Shown here: in pieces, positions 35,441 to 45,148 of the stretch
How the letters are laid out: the number at the start of each line of letters is the position of its first letter
Numbering within the stretch: the stretch's first letter is position 1
IMG/VR virus record: IMGVR_UViG_3300033177_000258
Source: a virus
Lineage: Duplodnaviria; Caudoviricetes
Strand: one strand, 5' to 3'
DNA: 64,000 nucleotides
Program-made: the position numbers and the translations under genes
The notes under the pieces: generated by a model
Databases searched by the model: none
What the model was told of the DNA's origin: nothing
What the model saw: only the letters and a program-made list of their open reading frames with translations

Positions 35441-37453
35441 TTGGCTACTAATCGTCTCAATGATTTAAGTAATACGGAGTGGGTTCGCTTTACGAAGAGT
35501 TGGGAAATCATCAACCCATCCCAGCGCAGCAAGGACAAGCGCGCGCACCCGGCCGCCTACCCCGAGGAGCTTGTGCTCCCCTACATCAGCTTCTTTACCA
35601 AGCAGGGCGGCTGGGTCTTGGAGCCGTTCCTGGGGAGCGGCAGCACCCTCATCGCCGCCATGAAGCTCGGGCGGAACGCGGCCGGCATCGAGCTCAACCC
35701 CCACTTTGCCGGCATCGCGCGCGACCGCATCCGAGACGCCAGGAAGCGCCTGGACGTGTCAGAACGGGTCGCCCTGGCCACCGGGCCCCAAGTGGACCAG
35801 CACGTGCTCTGCGGCGATTCTCGCTTCGCTGTGGACATCCTGGGCAAGTCCCTGCCCGGCCAGCAGTTCGACTACTGCATCACCAGCCCGCCGTACTGGG
35901 ATATGCTACACCAGAAGGGCGCCGAGAACCAGCAGAAGCGGCGCGACGAAGGCCTCCAGACGGTCTACAGCGACAGCACCGATGACATGGGTAACATCCA
36001 TGACTACGACCAGTTCGTGACGGAGCTGGTGCAGATGTTCGCCAGGCTGGCGCCCCTGTTCAAGCCGAAAGCCTACCTGACCGTCGTCCTGCAGAACGTC
36101 CGCAAGGGCCCCAAGGTGTACCCGCTGGCCTGGGACTTCGCCATCCAGCTTGACAAGACCGGCGCGTTCGACCTGAGCAACGAGAAGTTGTGGTGTCTCC
36201 CACCAGGGGAGAAGGTTTGGACGACGCGCGGCTCCCTACCCATAGAAGATGTCAACGAAGGCGATGAGGTGCTGTCACACGATGGGGCTCTGCACCGAGT
36301 CACTTCCACTATGTCCCGCCCATGCGAAGGTCCGGTGGTGTCGCTGAAGCCCAAATTGCTCAATCGCGCAGTACGGCTCACGCCCGAGCACGAAGTCTTG
36401 GCTATGCCCAGGGCGACTTACTTTCACGCCAACGGCAAGCGTTTCTTCGAGCCGTTCGCCAACGCTTATCGGCGGGGTCCGCGATGGGTGCCTGCGGGGG
36501 AGCTCAAAGACGGCGACCTTGTGGCTTTCCCGGTTCCTACCGACGAGCGAGACGCAGGACCGATTGATGTGCTGGCCCATATGATGGAGCCCGAAAGGTG
36601 GGCTATTGATGGGGACAGGCTACGCCTGGACAGAGTTGGGGGCAGGGTTTCGACGCTGCCGAGAACCATCGAGCTCACAGACGAGTTCATGGAGTTGGCT
36701 GGATGGTATATCGCCGAAGGTAGCTCCGGCGTTTCTGGGGTTTGCATCGCGAACCATGCGGAAGATGTGAATGTCCGGGTCGCTTGCCTAGTCAGGAAAG
36801 TGTTTGGCCTCCCCGTCAACACCACCCGGCGCGGTGTCTGGTGTTACAGCCGCATGGCTGGTCAGTTGCTGTCTTCGTTGTTTGGGGCAGACTCATACAC
36901 CAAGCGCATCCCCGCCGCCTGGCTGCACCTGCCGGTTGACAGGCAGAAGCATCTGCTGCGCGGGATGTGGGGAGGTGACGGGCATAGCCGCCACGACATG
37001 GTGGGTTACACCACCGCGTCAGAAGAGCTGGCCTTGGCAACTATGTATGTCTCAGCCAGGTGCGGGGCTGTTCCCTCCATTCGGGTCGAGTCGGGCAAGT
37101 ACCACCACCTCCAGTTTAGGGCTACCGACGCCCACAACATGCGGTCGCAACTGGCGCTTCCCGAGGAGCAGGAGGGCGAGTTCCGGCGCAGCCAACATTG
37201 GTTCAGGGATGGATTGGTATGGATTCCTCTCAGTCGCGTCTCTCTTGAGACCTACTCTGGCCCGGTCTACAACCTGTCGGTACAGGAAGCGAACAGTTAT
37301 ACCACATCGGCTTTCGTCGTCCATAATTGCCAAGACAACAAGAGCCTCTTCCCATTCGCGGTGGGCTCGGCGTTCGTCGCCAACCAGCATCACCACTACT
37401 GCCTGAACTTCCGCAGACCCGTACCCAACACAGCAGAGGTAACAGACGAATGA
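35441..37453 (+). CDS. DNA methyltransferase (N4-C type, SPPY), intein-containing
   Basis: NRLNDLS..EW..FTKSW, HPAAYP, LEPFLGSGST, GIELN, TSPPYW; TTG start after RBS AAGGGAG. Confidence 0.88.
   Translation: MATNRLNDLSNTEWVRFTKSWEIINPSQRSKDKRAHPAAYPEELVLPYISFFTKQGGWVLEPFLGSGSTLIAAMKLGRNAAGIELNPHFAGIARDRIRDARKRLDVSERVALATGPQVDQHVLCGDSRFAVDILGKSLPGQQFDYCITSPPYWDMLHQKGAENQQKRRDEGLQTVYSDSTDDMGNIHDYDQFVTELVQMFARLAPLFKPKAYLTVVLQNVRKGPKVYPLAWDFAIQLDKTGAFDLSNEKLWCLPPGEKVWTTRGSLPIEDVNEGDEVLSHDGALHRVTSTMSRPCEGPVVSLKPKLLNRAVRLTPEHEVLAMPRATYFHANGKRFFEPFANAYRRGPRWVPAGELKDGDLVAFPVPTDERDAGPIDVLAHMMEPERWAIDGDRLRLDRVGGRVSTLPRTIELTDEFMELAGWYIAEGSSGVSGVCIANHAEDVNVRVACLVRKVFGLPVNTTRRGVWCYSRMAGQLLSSLFGADSYTKRIPAAWLHLPVDRQKHLLRGMWGGDGHSRHDMVGYTTASEELALATMYVSARCGAVPSIRVESGKYHHLQFRATDAHNMRSQLALPEEQEGEFRRSQHWFRDGLVWIPLSRVSLETYSGPVYNLSVQEANSYTTSAFVVHNCQDNKSLFPFAVGSAFVANQHHHYCLNFRRPVPNTAEVTDE
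36194..37327 (+). mobile_element. Intein (378 aa) with LAGLIDADG endonuclease
   Basis: W|CLPPGE...LTPEHEV...AGWYIAEGS...LLRGMWGGDG...VYNLSV..ANSY...VHN|C. Confidence 0.92.
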
Positions 37454-37821
37454 CACAGCACGCCGTCCAAGAGTTCCTGGTCCGGGGCTTGACTGACCTG
37501 GGCAAGCGCATCAGCACCTTCGTGTCCACCCGAGGCTTCTTCACCCCTCGGTCCATCAACACAGACCTTTGCCCGGTGGCGCTCACCAACGGCGACGCCA
37601 TGCTGGGTAAGCTCATGCTCGTCAACACCGAGCTCTGCGAAGCAGCAGAAGCGGCGCGCGACGGAGACATGGAGAACTTCAAGGAAGAGCTGGCGGATGC
37701 CGTCATCCGCATCCTGGACATCTGCGGCGCCTGCGGCATTGACATTGAGGAAGTTATTGCTCAGAAGATGCTGGTGAACGTGGGCCGGCCGCCGAAGCAC
37801 GGACGCAAGACCACCTTGTAG
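37450..37821 (+). CDS. MazG-like nucleotide pyrophosphohydrolase
   Basis: KLMLVNTELCEAAEAAR...EELADAVIRILD...KM..N..RP.KHG. Confidence 0.85.
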   Translation: MTQHAVQEFLVRGLTDLGKRISTFVSTRGFFTPRSINTDLCPVALTNGDAMLGKLMLVNTELCEAAEAARDGDMENFKEELADAVIRILDICGACGIDIEEVIAQKMLVNVGRPPKHGRKTTL

Positions 37822-37831
37822 GAGGCGCGAC

Positions 37832-38128
37832 GTGGGGCAGATACACTTTGCGGTGACGGAATACGCTCTGTTGCACAACACATCGGTAGCTTCTATGCCG
37901 GTGGGCCAAACACTCAGCGATGCTGAGGCGGCCGAGTACCTGACCAAGAAGGAGCGAGCGGTCATCTGCTGTGCTGGAACCCAGCCGCTCTGCGTCTTGG
38001 CTCACCACAAGGTGGTGGCGTCAACCGGCCGCCACCCTCGGCTTCGCGACACCAAGTACGCGGTGGCCGAGACCCGCAGCATCTACACACGCTGGTTCGC
38101 AATCGTTGCACATCTTGAGGGAGAATAA
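37832..38128 (+). CDS. Hypothetical protein
   Basis: RBS AGGAGG; in operon. Confidence 0.5.
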   Translation: MGQIHFAVTEYALLHNTSVASMPVGQTLSDAEAAEYLTKKERAVICCAGTQPLCVLAHHKVVASTGRHPRLRDTKYAVAETRSIYTRWFAIVAHLEGE

Positions 38129-38745
38129 TGACAGCCAAAGAAATGGCCGCAGCCAATGGTCACAACCTCATCGTCGGCATTGCCGGCGCCTCCAGTTCCA
38201 GGAAGACTACCCTGGGTCGGGCGCTCTGTCGCCTGCTGTCCCCAGGGGCGGAAGTCGTGGAAGAAGTGCCCCGGCACATGTTCGAGCACGGAGCGCCGAA
38301 GGGGGCGGACACGCTTCTCCTGCAGCACTACTTCATGGCTCAGCAGATGCACGAGGAAAACATCAAGAGCCAGGTCTATCCCATCACCATTTCCGATGCG
38401 CCGGCCCTGGCCATCATCGCGCACTCGTTCCGGTGCAAGGAGCACGGGCTCCCCGAGTCCAAGCTCTTCGCCGACATCATGAAGATGGCGTGGCACTCCA
38501 TCGGGCGCTATGCGGTCATCTTCGTGGTCGAGCCCTCGGACTTCCGGCAGGACGGCCTGCGCGACCGCTCGGGCGAAGCCAACAGTCGCGGCATCTACAG
38601 TGCTCTGGCTGGGTTGGGGGAGGTAATGGGGTGGGAGCAGCATGACCCGCCCATCGTCCACCTGACGGGCGAGTACGAGGTGCGGGAGAGGCGGGCGGTC
38701 GAGGTCTTGGAGAAGCTGGCGGCTGGCGCCGAGTTGGTGGAGTAG
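38128..38745 (+). CDS. P-loop nucleotide kinase-like protein (NadR/AAA_28-like)
   Basis: GASSSRKTT, EVPR, ISD, QDGLRD. Confidence 0.7.
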   Translation: MTAKEMAAANGHNLIVGIAGASSSRKTTLGRALCRLLSPGAEVVEEVPRHMFEHGAPKGADTLLLQHYFMAQQMHEENIKSQVYPITISDAPALAIIAHSFRCKEHGLPESKLFADIMKMAWHSIGRYAVIFVVEPSDFRQDGLRDRSGEANSRGIYSALAGLGEVMGWEQHDPPIVHLTGEYEVRERRAVEVLEKLAAGAELVE

Positions 38746-39573
38746 ATGGGAGACACGCAAAACCTGGGACACCAGGCAGGGCGCTGTTACTTCAAGCGGG
38801 CTGACGTTCTAGACGGTATCCGCGAGTTCGGGTCCTTGGCTGACCTGGTGGTCACCAGCCCGCCATACAACGTCGGCAAGAGCTACGACTCCTGCAACGA
38901 CCTGTTACCAATCGGCGAGTACACCTCCTGGTTCGGGAACTGGCTCTTCGCCCTGCACGAGCGGGCCAAGTCGGGTTGCCGCCTGGTCGTCAACGTGCCG
39001 GCGCTGGTCAAGGGCATTGTGGACGAGGACGGGACAGTTGGGACATTCTCCGTCAACGAGGTTCTCTTTCCGTTGTTCTTCAGGTCTGGGTGGAAGCTGT
39101 GTGGGGAGGTCATCTGGTCGAAGTACGGGGGGAAGGAACAGGAGCGACCGGCTCCGGGGACCGCCTGGGGGAGCTTTGGGAGCCCCTCGGCTCCCTCGAT
39201 ACGCACACACACCGAGCGCATCTGGTTCTGGTACAAGGGGGACTGGAAGGTGCCGCCGCCGTCGCCCGACCTGGCCGGCGAAATCATAGACCGCACGGAC
39301 TTTGCCAGGGCGACCCACGACATCTGGACCATCCACGGCGAAATGAGCAAGCATCACCCGGCCGTCATGGCCCATGAAGTGGCCCGGCGCGCCATCGCGC
39401 TCTGCAGCTACCCCGGCGCTGTCGTCTACGACCCATTCAACGGACGCGGTACAGTGCCCATCCAGGCTGCGCTAAACGGCCGTATAGGCGTTGGGACGGA
39501 CCTATCTGAGGGGTACGTTACCTTGGCGAAACGCGAGGCCCTGGGAGCCCATGTGCCAGCTTACGTGCTGTAG
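38746..39573 (+). CDS. DNA methyltransferase (beta class, SPPY)
   Basis: VTSPPYNVG, VIWSK, HPAV, VYDPFNGRGT. Confidence 0.9.
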   Translation: MGDTQNLGHQAGRCYFKRADVLDGIREFGSLADLVVTSPPYNVGKSYDSCNDLLPIGEYTSWFGNWLFALHERAKSGCRLVVNVPALVKGIVDEDGTVGTFSVNEVLFPLFFRSGWKLCGEVIWSKYGGKEQERPAPGTAWGSFGSPSAPSIRTHTERIWFWYKGDWKVPPPSPDLAGEIIDRTDFARATHDIWTIHGEMSKHHPAVMAHEVARRAIALCSYPGAVVYDPFNGRGTVPIQAALNGRIGVGTDLSEGYVTLAKREALGAHVPAYVL

Positions 39574-39600
39574 GCGAAAAGCGCCTGTCTGAGCCCTTCT

Positions 39601-39626
39601 GAGAGACCCCTGCGGGTCTCTCTTTT
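39601..39626 (+). terminator. Rho-independent terminator
   Basis: GAGAGACCC-ctgc-GGGTCTCTC-TTTT. Confidence 0.65.
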
Positions 39627-39682
39627 GCTTCGCGGAATACTTCCCCAAAATGGGGTTTGTTCGCACCCCAAGGAGGTGCCGA

Positions 39683-39895
39683 ATGTCCGCCAAGCAGCCC
39701 AAGCGCCCGGCTGTGCCGGAGCGTCGCACCGCGCCCACCGTCCTCAAGGGCATTCCCATCGAGCAGTGCCCCAGCGGTTGGTGCTACTGCGAGTCGTGCC
39801 AGACGTGCTTCACGGTTCAGGAATCCATGAAGAATGACAACCGGGATGATTCCTGCCCCGAGTGCGGCAACACGTCACTGACGTATCCGTTGTAG
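39683..39895 (+). CDS. Small zinc-ribbon protein
   Basis: RBS AAGGAGG; CESC...CPECG. Confidence 0.6.
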   Translation: MSAKQPKRPAVPERRTAPTVLKGIPIEQCPSGWCYCESCQTCFTVQESMKNDNRDDSCPECGNTSLTYPL

Positions 39896-39930
39896 TTTTC
39901 ACTGGTTTTACAGCCCTGGAGGACGCGCTA

Positions 39931-40506
39931 ATGCCCAGAGCCGCTAAGAACAAAGAAGAGAAGGTGGTGCAGGAGGAGAAGGTGGTAGACGACCGGGAGA
40001 GAGTGGGGGAATTGGTTGAGTTGCTGGTCCCGCTGTTGTCGGTGCAGGGTTGGGACTTAACCATCGAGTACCGTCAAGAGGTCGTCATCAACGGGGAGCC
40101 GGCAGAGGCCGCTATCGCCATCTTCCCGGCACTGTTGGAAGCGGTCATCTTCGTGGACGAGACCCTTCCGCTAGCACGTAAGATGATGGCGGCCGTTCAC
40201 GAGTTCGTTCACCTCTCGCAGCACGAGCTTATCTACGTCGCCCAGGAGTTGGACATCTACCTGCGAGAGCCGGAGCTATCCATCCTGGAGCGCAGGCTTT
40301 CCAAGGCTCTGGAGCCTGCCTGCATCCGCGTCTGCCGGCCGCTCTATGAGATGCTTGGCGGGACATTCCCAGAGCTTCTGGAGGATTGCGAGGCTCCGCT
40401 CCTGACACAGGAATCGGCGTCCCGCAACCAGACAGGCATCAACTCCATCAGCAGCAAAGAGTTGCGTCAACGAAGCCGGGGCACACCTTACACAGTCCTG
40501 GTATAG
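39931..40506 (+). CDS. Hypothetical protein with HExxH motif
   Basis: RBS GGAGG; AVHEFVHL. Confidence 0.55.
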   Translation: MPRAAKNKEEKVVQEEKVVDDRERVGELVELLVPLLSVQGWDLTIEYRQEVVINGEPAEAAIAIFPALLEAVIFVDETLPLARKMMAAVHEFVHLSQHELIYVAQELDIYLREPELSILERRLSKALEPACIRVCRPLYEMLGGTFPELLEDCEAPLLTQESASRNQTGINSISSKELRQRSRGTPYTVLV

Positions 40507-40526
40507 GCGTCGGGGAGGAGCAACAA

Positions 40527-40554
40527 AGAGGGGGCGGCCAGAGCCGCCCCCTCT
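40527..40554. terminator. Bidirectional terminator at the strand switch
   Basis: AGAGGGGGCGGC-caga-GCCGCCCCCTCT between convergent genes. Confidence 0.7.
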
Positions 40555-40558
40555 GCTG

Positions 40559-41569
40559 TTACTCTTGGGGGTCGGTCCCGTGTAGCAGACCGCGCCCGAT
40601 GTCGGTGATTTCTCGGCCGCGCGGCCCCCGTAGGATAGCTCCGACCTCCTGCAGGTATCGCTCAGCGGCGCAGATGTTGTCTGGGCTCTCGCCCAAGTAC
40701 GCCGCCATGGCGTCTATTCCCACGGGCTTGCCGACCTGAACCAACTTCCGCAGGAGCCGGCGCTCCAGAGCGCCCAGCCCGTGGCGGTCTACCCCCATTA
40801 GGTCGGCCATCACTTCGGCCACCCACTCCCCCGAGACCGTCGTATCACTGGCTTCCACGAGAGCCACGTCGGCGAGTTCACTGAGGTTCCGCACGATGAG
40901 GCGTGGGGTCCCCTGGGAGCGCTGAGCAACGGCGCGCAGGGCATCATCGCTGAAGCGCGCCATCTGCGGCTGGCTGCAGCGGTCCATGTCGTAGTGCGCC
41001 TTGGTGATGCGGAACAACTCCTCCTCGGTGTACGGCTCCAAGTACATCATGCGCACGCGGGTGACCAGCGGCGTGAGTAGCTGCCCGGCGTCGGTGGTGG
41101 CTCCCACCAGCGTGAACTTGGGGAGGATGCCGCTCACGAGACGGTTGTTCTTGACTAAGTTGACCTGACGGTCTTCGATGGGATGATAGAGCGCCTCGGT
41201 GGCGTCCTTGGTCATCCGGTGAATCTCGTCAATGAACAGGATGGTAGGCTTGATGGGGGCCCCGGTCTGGACCCAGGCGTCAGTGGCTGGGTCGAAGATG
41301 TAGCCCTCGACCGAAATCTCGTCCACCAGCCGGATGACATCTTCTTTGGTGCGCACGGAGTCCCCGGTGGTCTCCACGAAGTTGACGCCTCGCTCATGCG
41401 CCAGGGCGCGAGCGAACGTTGTCTTCCCGGTCCCGCGCGGGCCGTAGAACACCATGTGAGGCAGGGCATCGTTCTTGATGCGGGACGCCTCAACCAGCAC
41501 GCTGAGCCGGCGCCGCAGAGCCTCCTGCCCTACGATGTCGGTCAGCTTGGACGGTCTCCAGTCGCTCAT
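40559..41569 (-). CDS. ruvB: Holliday junction branch-migration helicase RuvB
   Basis: RPSKL.DIVGQE, GPRGTGKTT, FIDEIHR, FTLVGATT, GTPR, GPRGR. Confidence 0.93.
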   Translation of the reverse strand: MSDWRPSKLTDIVGQEALRRRLSVLVEASRIKNDALPHMVFYGPRGTGKTTFARALAHERGVNFVETTGDSVRTKEDVIRLVDEISVEGYIFDPATDAWVQTGAPIKPTILFIDEIHRMTKDATEALYHPIEDRQVNLVKNNRLVSGILPKFTLVGATTDAGQLLTPLVTRVRMMYLEPYTEEELFRITKAHYDMDRCSQPQMARFSDDALRAVAQRSQGTPRLIVRNLSELADVALVEASDTTVSGEWVAEVMADLMGVDRHGLGALERRLLRKLVQVGKPVGIDAMAAYLGESPDNICAAERYLQEVGAILRGPRGREITDIGRGLLHGTDPQE

Positions 41570-41579
41570 GTGCGGACTC

Positions 41580-42335
41580 CTACTTGGTCAATGCCTCTCG
41601 GTTCAGACCTGTTACCACCCAGCCGAACTGCTGTTCCTCGATGTTCTCGGACTTGAGCCCCGCGAGGTTCGCCAGGATGACGGCTTCCTCCTGCGTGAAC
41701 TGCAGGTTCATCAGGCCCCGCACTGACATGGACGCCAGCGTGAACAGCGTGGTCTGGAAGATGGAGCAGCGCGCCGTCAGGGACCCATAGCTGCGGATGC
41801 CGTCCACGTAGCCCCCGAGCGTGCCGCACAGCAGCAGCCGGGCATTGGTGTCGCAGAAGGCGCTCACGCGGTCGCTCAGCACCATCTGGTCGTAGCCCTG
41901 CTTCTCGGCTTCCTCGTTCAGTAGCTGCATCATCTTGGCCGAGTGGCCGTCGAACATCACGATGCGTCGCTCATTCTGCTGATGCGCCGCCAGGGGTCGC
42001 CCCTGCCCGCTCAGGAAGAAGCGGAAGTAGGTGCCCTTGTCGTCTTCCTCCGTCAGTACCGCGAGCTTCCGTTCGGTGTTGAACTCCTCCACGCGCACCA
42101 GTGCGCTGGTCACAGCCGGCGTCAAGCCGCTGTTCTGGACAGCCTCCCGCTCCAGGTACAGAGCGAGGTCGGCGACGTGGCCCTGACTCAAGACCTCCTC
42201 GCCAAACCCCATGATGGCTTCGGGGTCGTCCGTCTCAACCGTGGTGGGGTTCTTGGACCCCAACTCGATGTTGCCCCCGTTCTCGTCCTTCTGGTTCACC
42301 AGCAGCAGCGCGTTGGTATGTAGCGTCAACTTCAT
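41580..42335 (-). CDS. Hypothetical protein
   Basis: RBS AAGGAG; headed by the repeat element. Confidence 0.6.
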   Translation of the reverse strand: MKLTLHTNALLLVNQKDENGGNIELGSKNPTTVETDDPEAIMGFGEEVLSQGHVADLALYLEREAVQNSGLTPAVTSALVRVEEFNTERKLAVLTEEDDKGTYFRFFLSGQGRPLAAHQQNERRIVMFDGHSAKMMQLLNEEAEKQGYDQMVLSDRVSAFCDTNARLLLCGTLGGYVDGIRSYGSLTARCSIFQTTLFTLASMSVRGLMNLQFTQEEAVILANLAGLKSENIEEQQFGWVVTGLNREALTK

Positions 42336-42396
42336 CTATTCGGTTAACTCCTTTGTGGTAACACTTATCCGCGCACGATTGCGGGGCGCAAAGCAA

Positions 42397-42428
42397 AACG
42401 GGCACCCGGCCGAAACCGGGTGCCCGTT
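42397..42428 (-). terminator. Rho-independent terminator
   Basis: AACGGGCACCCGG/CCGGGTGCCCGTT hairpin followed by T-run on the - strand, directly before a repeat element. Confidence 0.7.
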
Positions 42429-42446
42429 CATTGGCGGTGGCAGGGC

Positions 42447-43082
42447 TCAGCGCGCCTGCTTCCTCGTGACCTGGCCGATGACCCAGACCGTGCGGCCGTA
42501 GTAGGTCTCGTTGGCGAGATACTTGGCGCGGCTCGGAGAGATGACGCACACATCCAGGTGGTTGGCCTTCCGCACGGCGGACCCACGGTCTACCACAATG
42601 AGCGAACGGTCCTGCTGCGGGCTATAGAAGACCGTGCCAAACGGCCAGCGCTTGGATGCGGCGCAGTCCCCGTCGCGCAAGTACTTGCGGCAGCCCCAGG
42701 CGGGCCCTCCGCTGCCCCCGAGGGGGTCATAGTGCGGGCGGTTGAACGAGTAGTTCGGCTGGTAGTGGGTCATCTTGATGCCGCCCACCTTCTCGCACTT
42801 GCCCATGGCGAGGCGCTCGGCACAAGCTCGCTTCCAGTCGGGGGAGCTAGGGTCAAGCAGGACGCGGCGCGCCCAGAGTAGGGCGGGGTTCTGCGGGTTC
42901 TGGTTGAGACGCGACCCGAGCGTATAGAGCGGCCCAGGGCACAGAGGGACGGGAACGTCGAGCAGCGTAGCCGCCCAGGCTTTGACTTCAGCCTTCTCGG
43001 CGGTGGTGGCGGGCGCGGCGTGGACCATGGCGGCGGTAAGTAGACCCAACATGAGGGCCAGAACGACCTGTCTCTTCAACAT
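42447..43082 (-). CDS. Secreted protein with 3D/RlpA-like domain
   Basis: Signal peptide; MTHY...CAA...WPFGT...VVDRGSAV...HLDV. Confidence 0.65.
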   Translation of the reverse strand: MLKRQVVLALMLGLLTAAMVHAAPATTAEKAEVKAWAATLLDVPVPLCPGPLYTLGSRLNQNPQNPALLWARRVLLDPSSPDWKRACAERLAMGKCEKVGGIKMTHYQPNYSFNRPHYDPLGGSGGPAWGCRKYLRDGDCAASKRWPFGTVFYSPQQDRSLIVVDRGSAVRKANHLDVCVISPSRAKYLANETYYGRTVWVIGQVTRKQAR

Positions 43083-43161
43083 TGGCGTTGCTCCTTCTAG
43101 CGCACCGGGGGAGCCTTGCGGCGTCACCCGGTTTGCCTACTGTGATTATGGTGCGGCTCTC

Positions 43162-43848
43162 TTAGTTGTCGTTGCTCGTGCGGGCTTCGTCGGCCAGTTC
43201 CCGGACCAGGGCGGCGTGCGCCTGGCTGTACCAACTGCGGAAGACCTTGGAGCGGTCGAGCGTGTAGAGGTACTCGTCGTAACGCTGGTTTTCGGGCTGG
43301 AACGGAGAGACCATCTTGTCGGTGACGGCGCTCTTGGGGGCCAGCACCATACCGGCGATGTTGCGGCTCTCCGCTACCACGTGTGCGATGCGGCGCTCCC
43401 AGTCGGCCAGGAGCCCCGGCCGTTTGATGGCGGTGGCGATGATGTCCATGACGGCAGTACGAAGCTCCCCGCTGTCACGCGGGTCCATGATGTAGGCGAA
43501 GTCAGCGGCTTCGACACCGACTTCCGAGGCTGCGACGGCGCGCGTGCGGGCGCTCTCCCAGCCCTCGGTGTGACTGAACTGGTCCTCGGGAGAGCAGCCG
43601 GAGACCCCGAAGTAGACGTGCCGGGGAGCGCCGGGCTCCGTCTTCAGGGACAGCCCGCAGATGACGAGTCCGCCGTAGGGCAGCAACATCAGGCGGTTGC
43701 TGGAGTTGGGAATGTGGGCCAGTTCGGTGAAGAGACGGAGCGTGACGCCCCAGGACTCGTAGGGTGCGTTGGCGGTGCCGCAGCGGCCACACACGTCAGA
43801 CCCTGCGGGAAGTTCGTTTTGACACTGACGACACTGGACTAGAGACAT
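43162..43848 (-). CDS. Hypothetical protein with N-terminal zinc ribbon
   Basis: RBS AGGAGG; CRQC...CGRCG. Confidence 0.6.
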   Translation of the reverse strand: MSLVQCRQCQNELPAGSDVCGRCGTANAPYESWGVTLRLFTELAHIPNSSNRLMLLPYGGLVICGLSLKTEPGAPRHVYFGVSGCSPEDQFSHTEGWESARTRAVAASEVGVEAADFAYIMDPRDSGELRTAVMDIIATAIKRPGLLADWERRIAHVVAESRNIAGMVLAPKSAVTDKMVSPFQPENQRYDEYLYTLDRSKVFRSWYSQAHAALVRELADEARTSNDN

Positions 43849-43959
43849 GGCGATTCCTCCTGCGCTTTCGTTGGGTTTGAGTGAGTAGCTTCTCGAAGCC
43901 GGCCCATCAACCGCCGCTACGCTTTGGTAACGGCTTGCAGCCGCAAACAACACGCTACT

Positions 43960-45066
43960 TTAGGCCGGTTGACGCGGCCCACTCGGAACGCCTATAGCCT
44001 CCCGAGTTAGGTACTTCCCCTTCACATTCCGTCCCGCATTGAGGTCGGCGTTGATTCTGAAGCCGCACTTCTGGCACCGGAACTCTGACTGGCTGACGCG
44101 GTTGCCCCGCGCGACGTGTCCGCACCGCGAGCATTTCTGGCTCGTCCCGCGCGGGTCTACCGTCGCCGTCGTCTTGCCGCCTTCCTCGGCTTTGTAGGCC
44201 GTGAACGCGAACAGTTGGGCGAAGCTCCACCCGTGGAGACGACGGTTGCCATGCCGGCCGAAGTCAGCGCGGTCACGGATTCCAGTCAGGTTCTCGAAGA
44301 CGAGTACGGCTCCTGGGTCAACGGACTCTACAAGGCGGCGGGACAGTACGTGGTCGCAGTCGCGGCGAAACCTAGCCTGCTTGCCCGAGAGCTTACGTAG
44401 CTTACGACGGGCGGAGCGAGTGGCCTTTGCCTGCAAGGCTCTGCGAAGACGGAAGTACCGCTGTTCGACGTTGCGCCAGCGCCGCTCACCGAAGAACTGG
44501 GCTTCGGAGGTGACGGCCGGGCGGACAATGCCCAAGTCTACACCGACAACCTCGCCGGTTGCGGTGTAGACGGGGGCGGGGGACTCTACAACGACGTGGA
44601 GCCAGAACTGGTTGCGACGGTAGACGAGTTCGGCCGAGGTGGGCTTCCAGGTCTGGAGCCGGGTGAAGCTGGCGTCGAATGTGACGCGCTGGCGACCGGC
44701 GACCGTGGCGAGGGTGGCCCAGCCTTCGGTGAGGGAAATGGTGTAGGACTTTACATCATACCTGACGCTTTGGCATCGCGACTGCGGGAGTGTCGCCGCC
44801 TTTCCTTTGGCGAGACGCACTCTTACGCTCTGAAGAGCTTCTGTGGCTTTGGCTCTGGAAGAGCATACCAGGCGGGAGTGCAACGATGGGTATTGCTCGC
44901 GCAGGGGGTAGTAGGTAGCATGGTGAATGGCCACGCCATTGGTTGTCTTGTTCTTCCAACCGAACTCGGCAGCCACGTTGAAGCAGGCCGTGTACTGCTC
45001 CATGGTAGCCAGGAGAGCTTCACGACCTGCTTTCACATCGAGTTGGACGATGATGGTACGCTGCAT
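43960..45066 (-). CDS. tnpB: RNA-guided endonuclease TnpB, intact; omega-RNA end at ~43905
   Basis: GVDLG, FENL, TSQKCSRCG...FRCQKCG...NADLNAG; downstream GTCAACC...GCTGCAAGC...GGTTGAT. Confidence 0.93.
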   Translation of the reverse strand: MQRTIIVQLDVKAGREALLATMEQYTACFNVAAEFGWKNKTTNGVAIHHATYYPLREQYPSLHSRLVCSSRAKATEALQSVRVRLAKGKAATLPQSRCQSVRYDVKSYTISLTEGWATLATVAGRQRVTFDASFTRLQTWKPTSAELVYRRNQFWLHVVVESPAPVYTATGEVVGVDLGIVRPAVTSEAQFFGERRWRNVEQRYFRLRRALQAKATRSARRKLRKLSGKQARFRRDCDHVLSRRLVESVDPGAVLVFENLTGIRDRADFGRHGNRRLHGWSFAQLFAFTAYKAEEGGKTTATVDPRGTSQKCSRCGHVARGNRVSQSEFRCQKCGFRINADLNAGRNVKGKYLTREAIGVPSGPRQPA

Positions 45067-45148
45067 TGGGAGTTCTATGGAACCTCAGTTCATGCTGGTT
45101 ACGCATAGAAGTATTCCGTGTTGCGGCGTGCCGTGTCGAGAAAAGTTG

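Noticed and set aside
43885-43905. Self-target of the TnpB 43960 guide (GGGCCGGCTTCGAGAAGC) at ~6392 or ~28176
   Set aside because: Only 10-11 nt internal matches, with a mismatched TAM-proximal seed.
30935-45066. Cas12f or nuclease-dead TldR assignment for the TnpBs
   Set aside because: No CRISPR array; RuvC D-E-D residues are intact and omega-type 3' ends are present.
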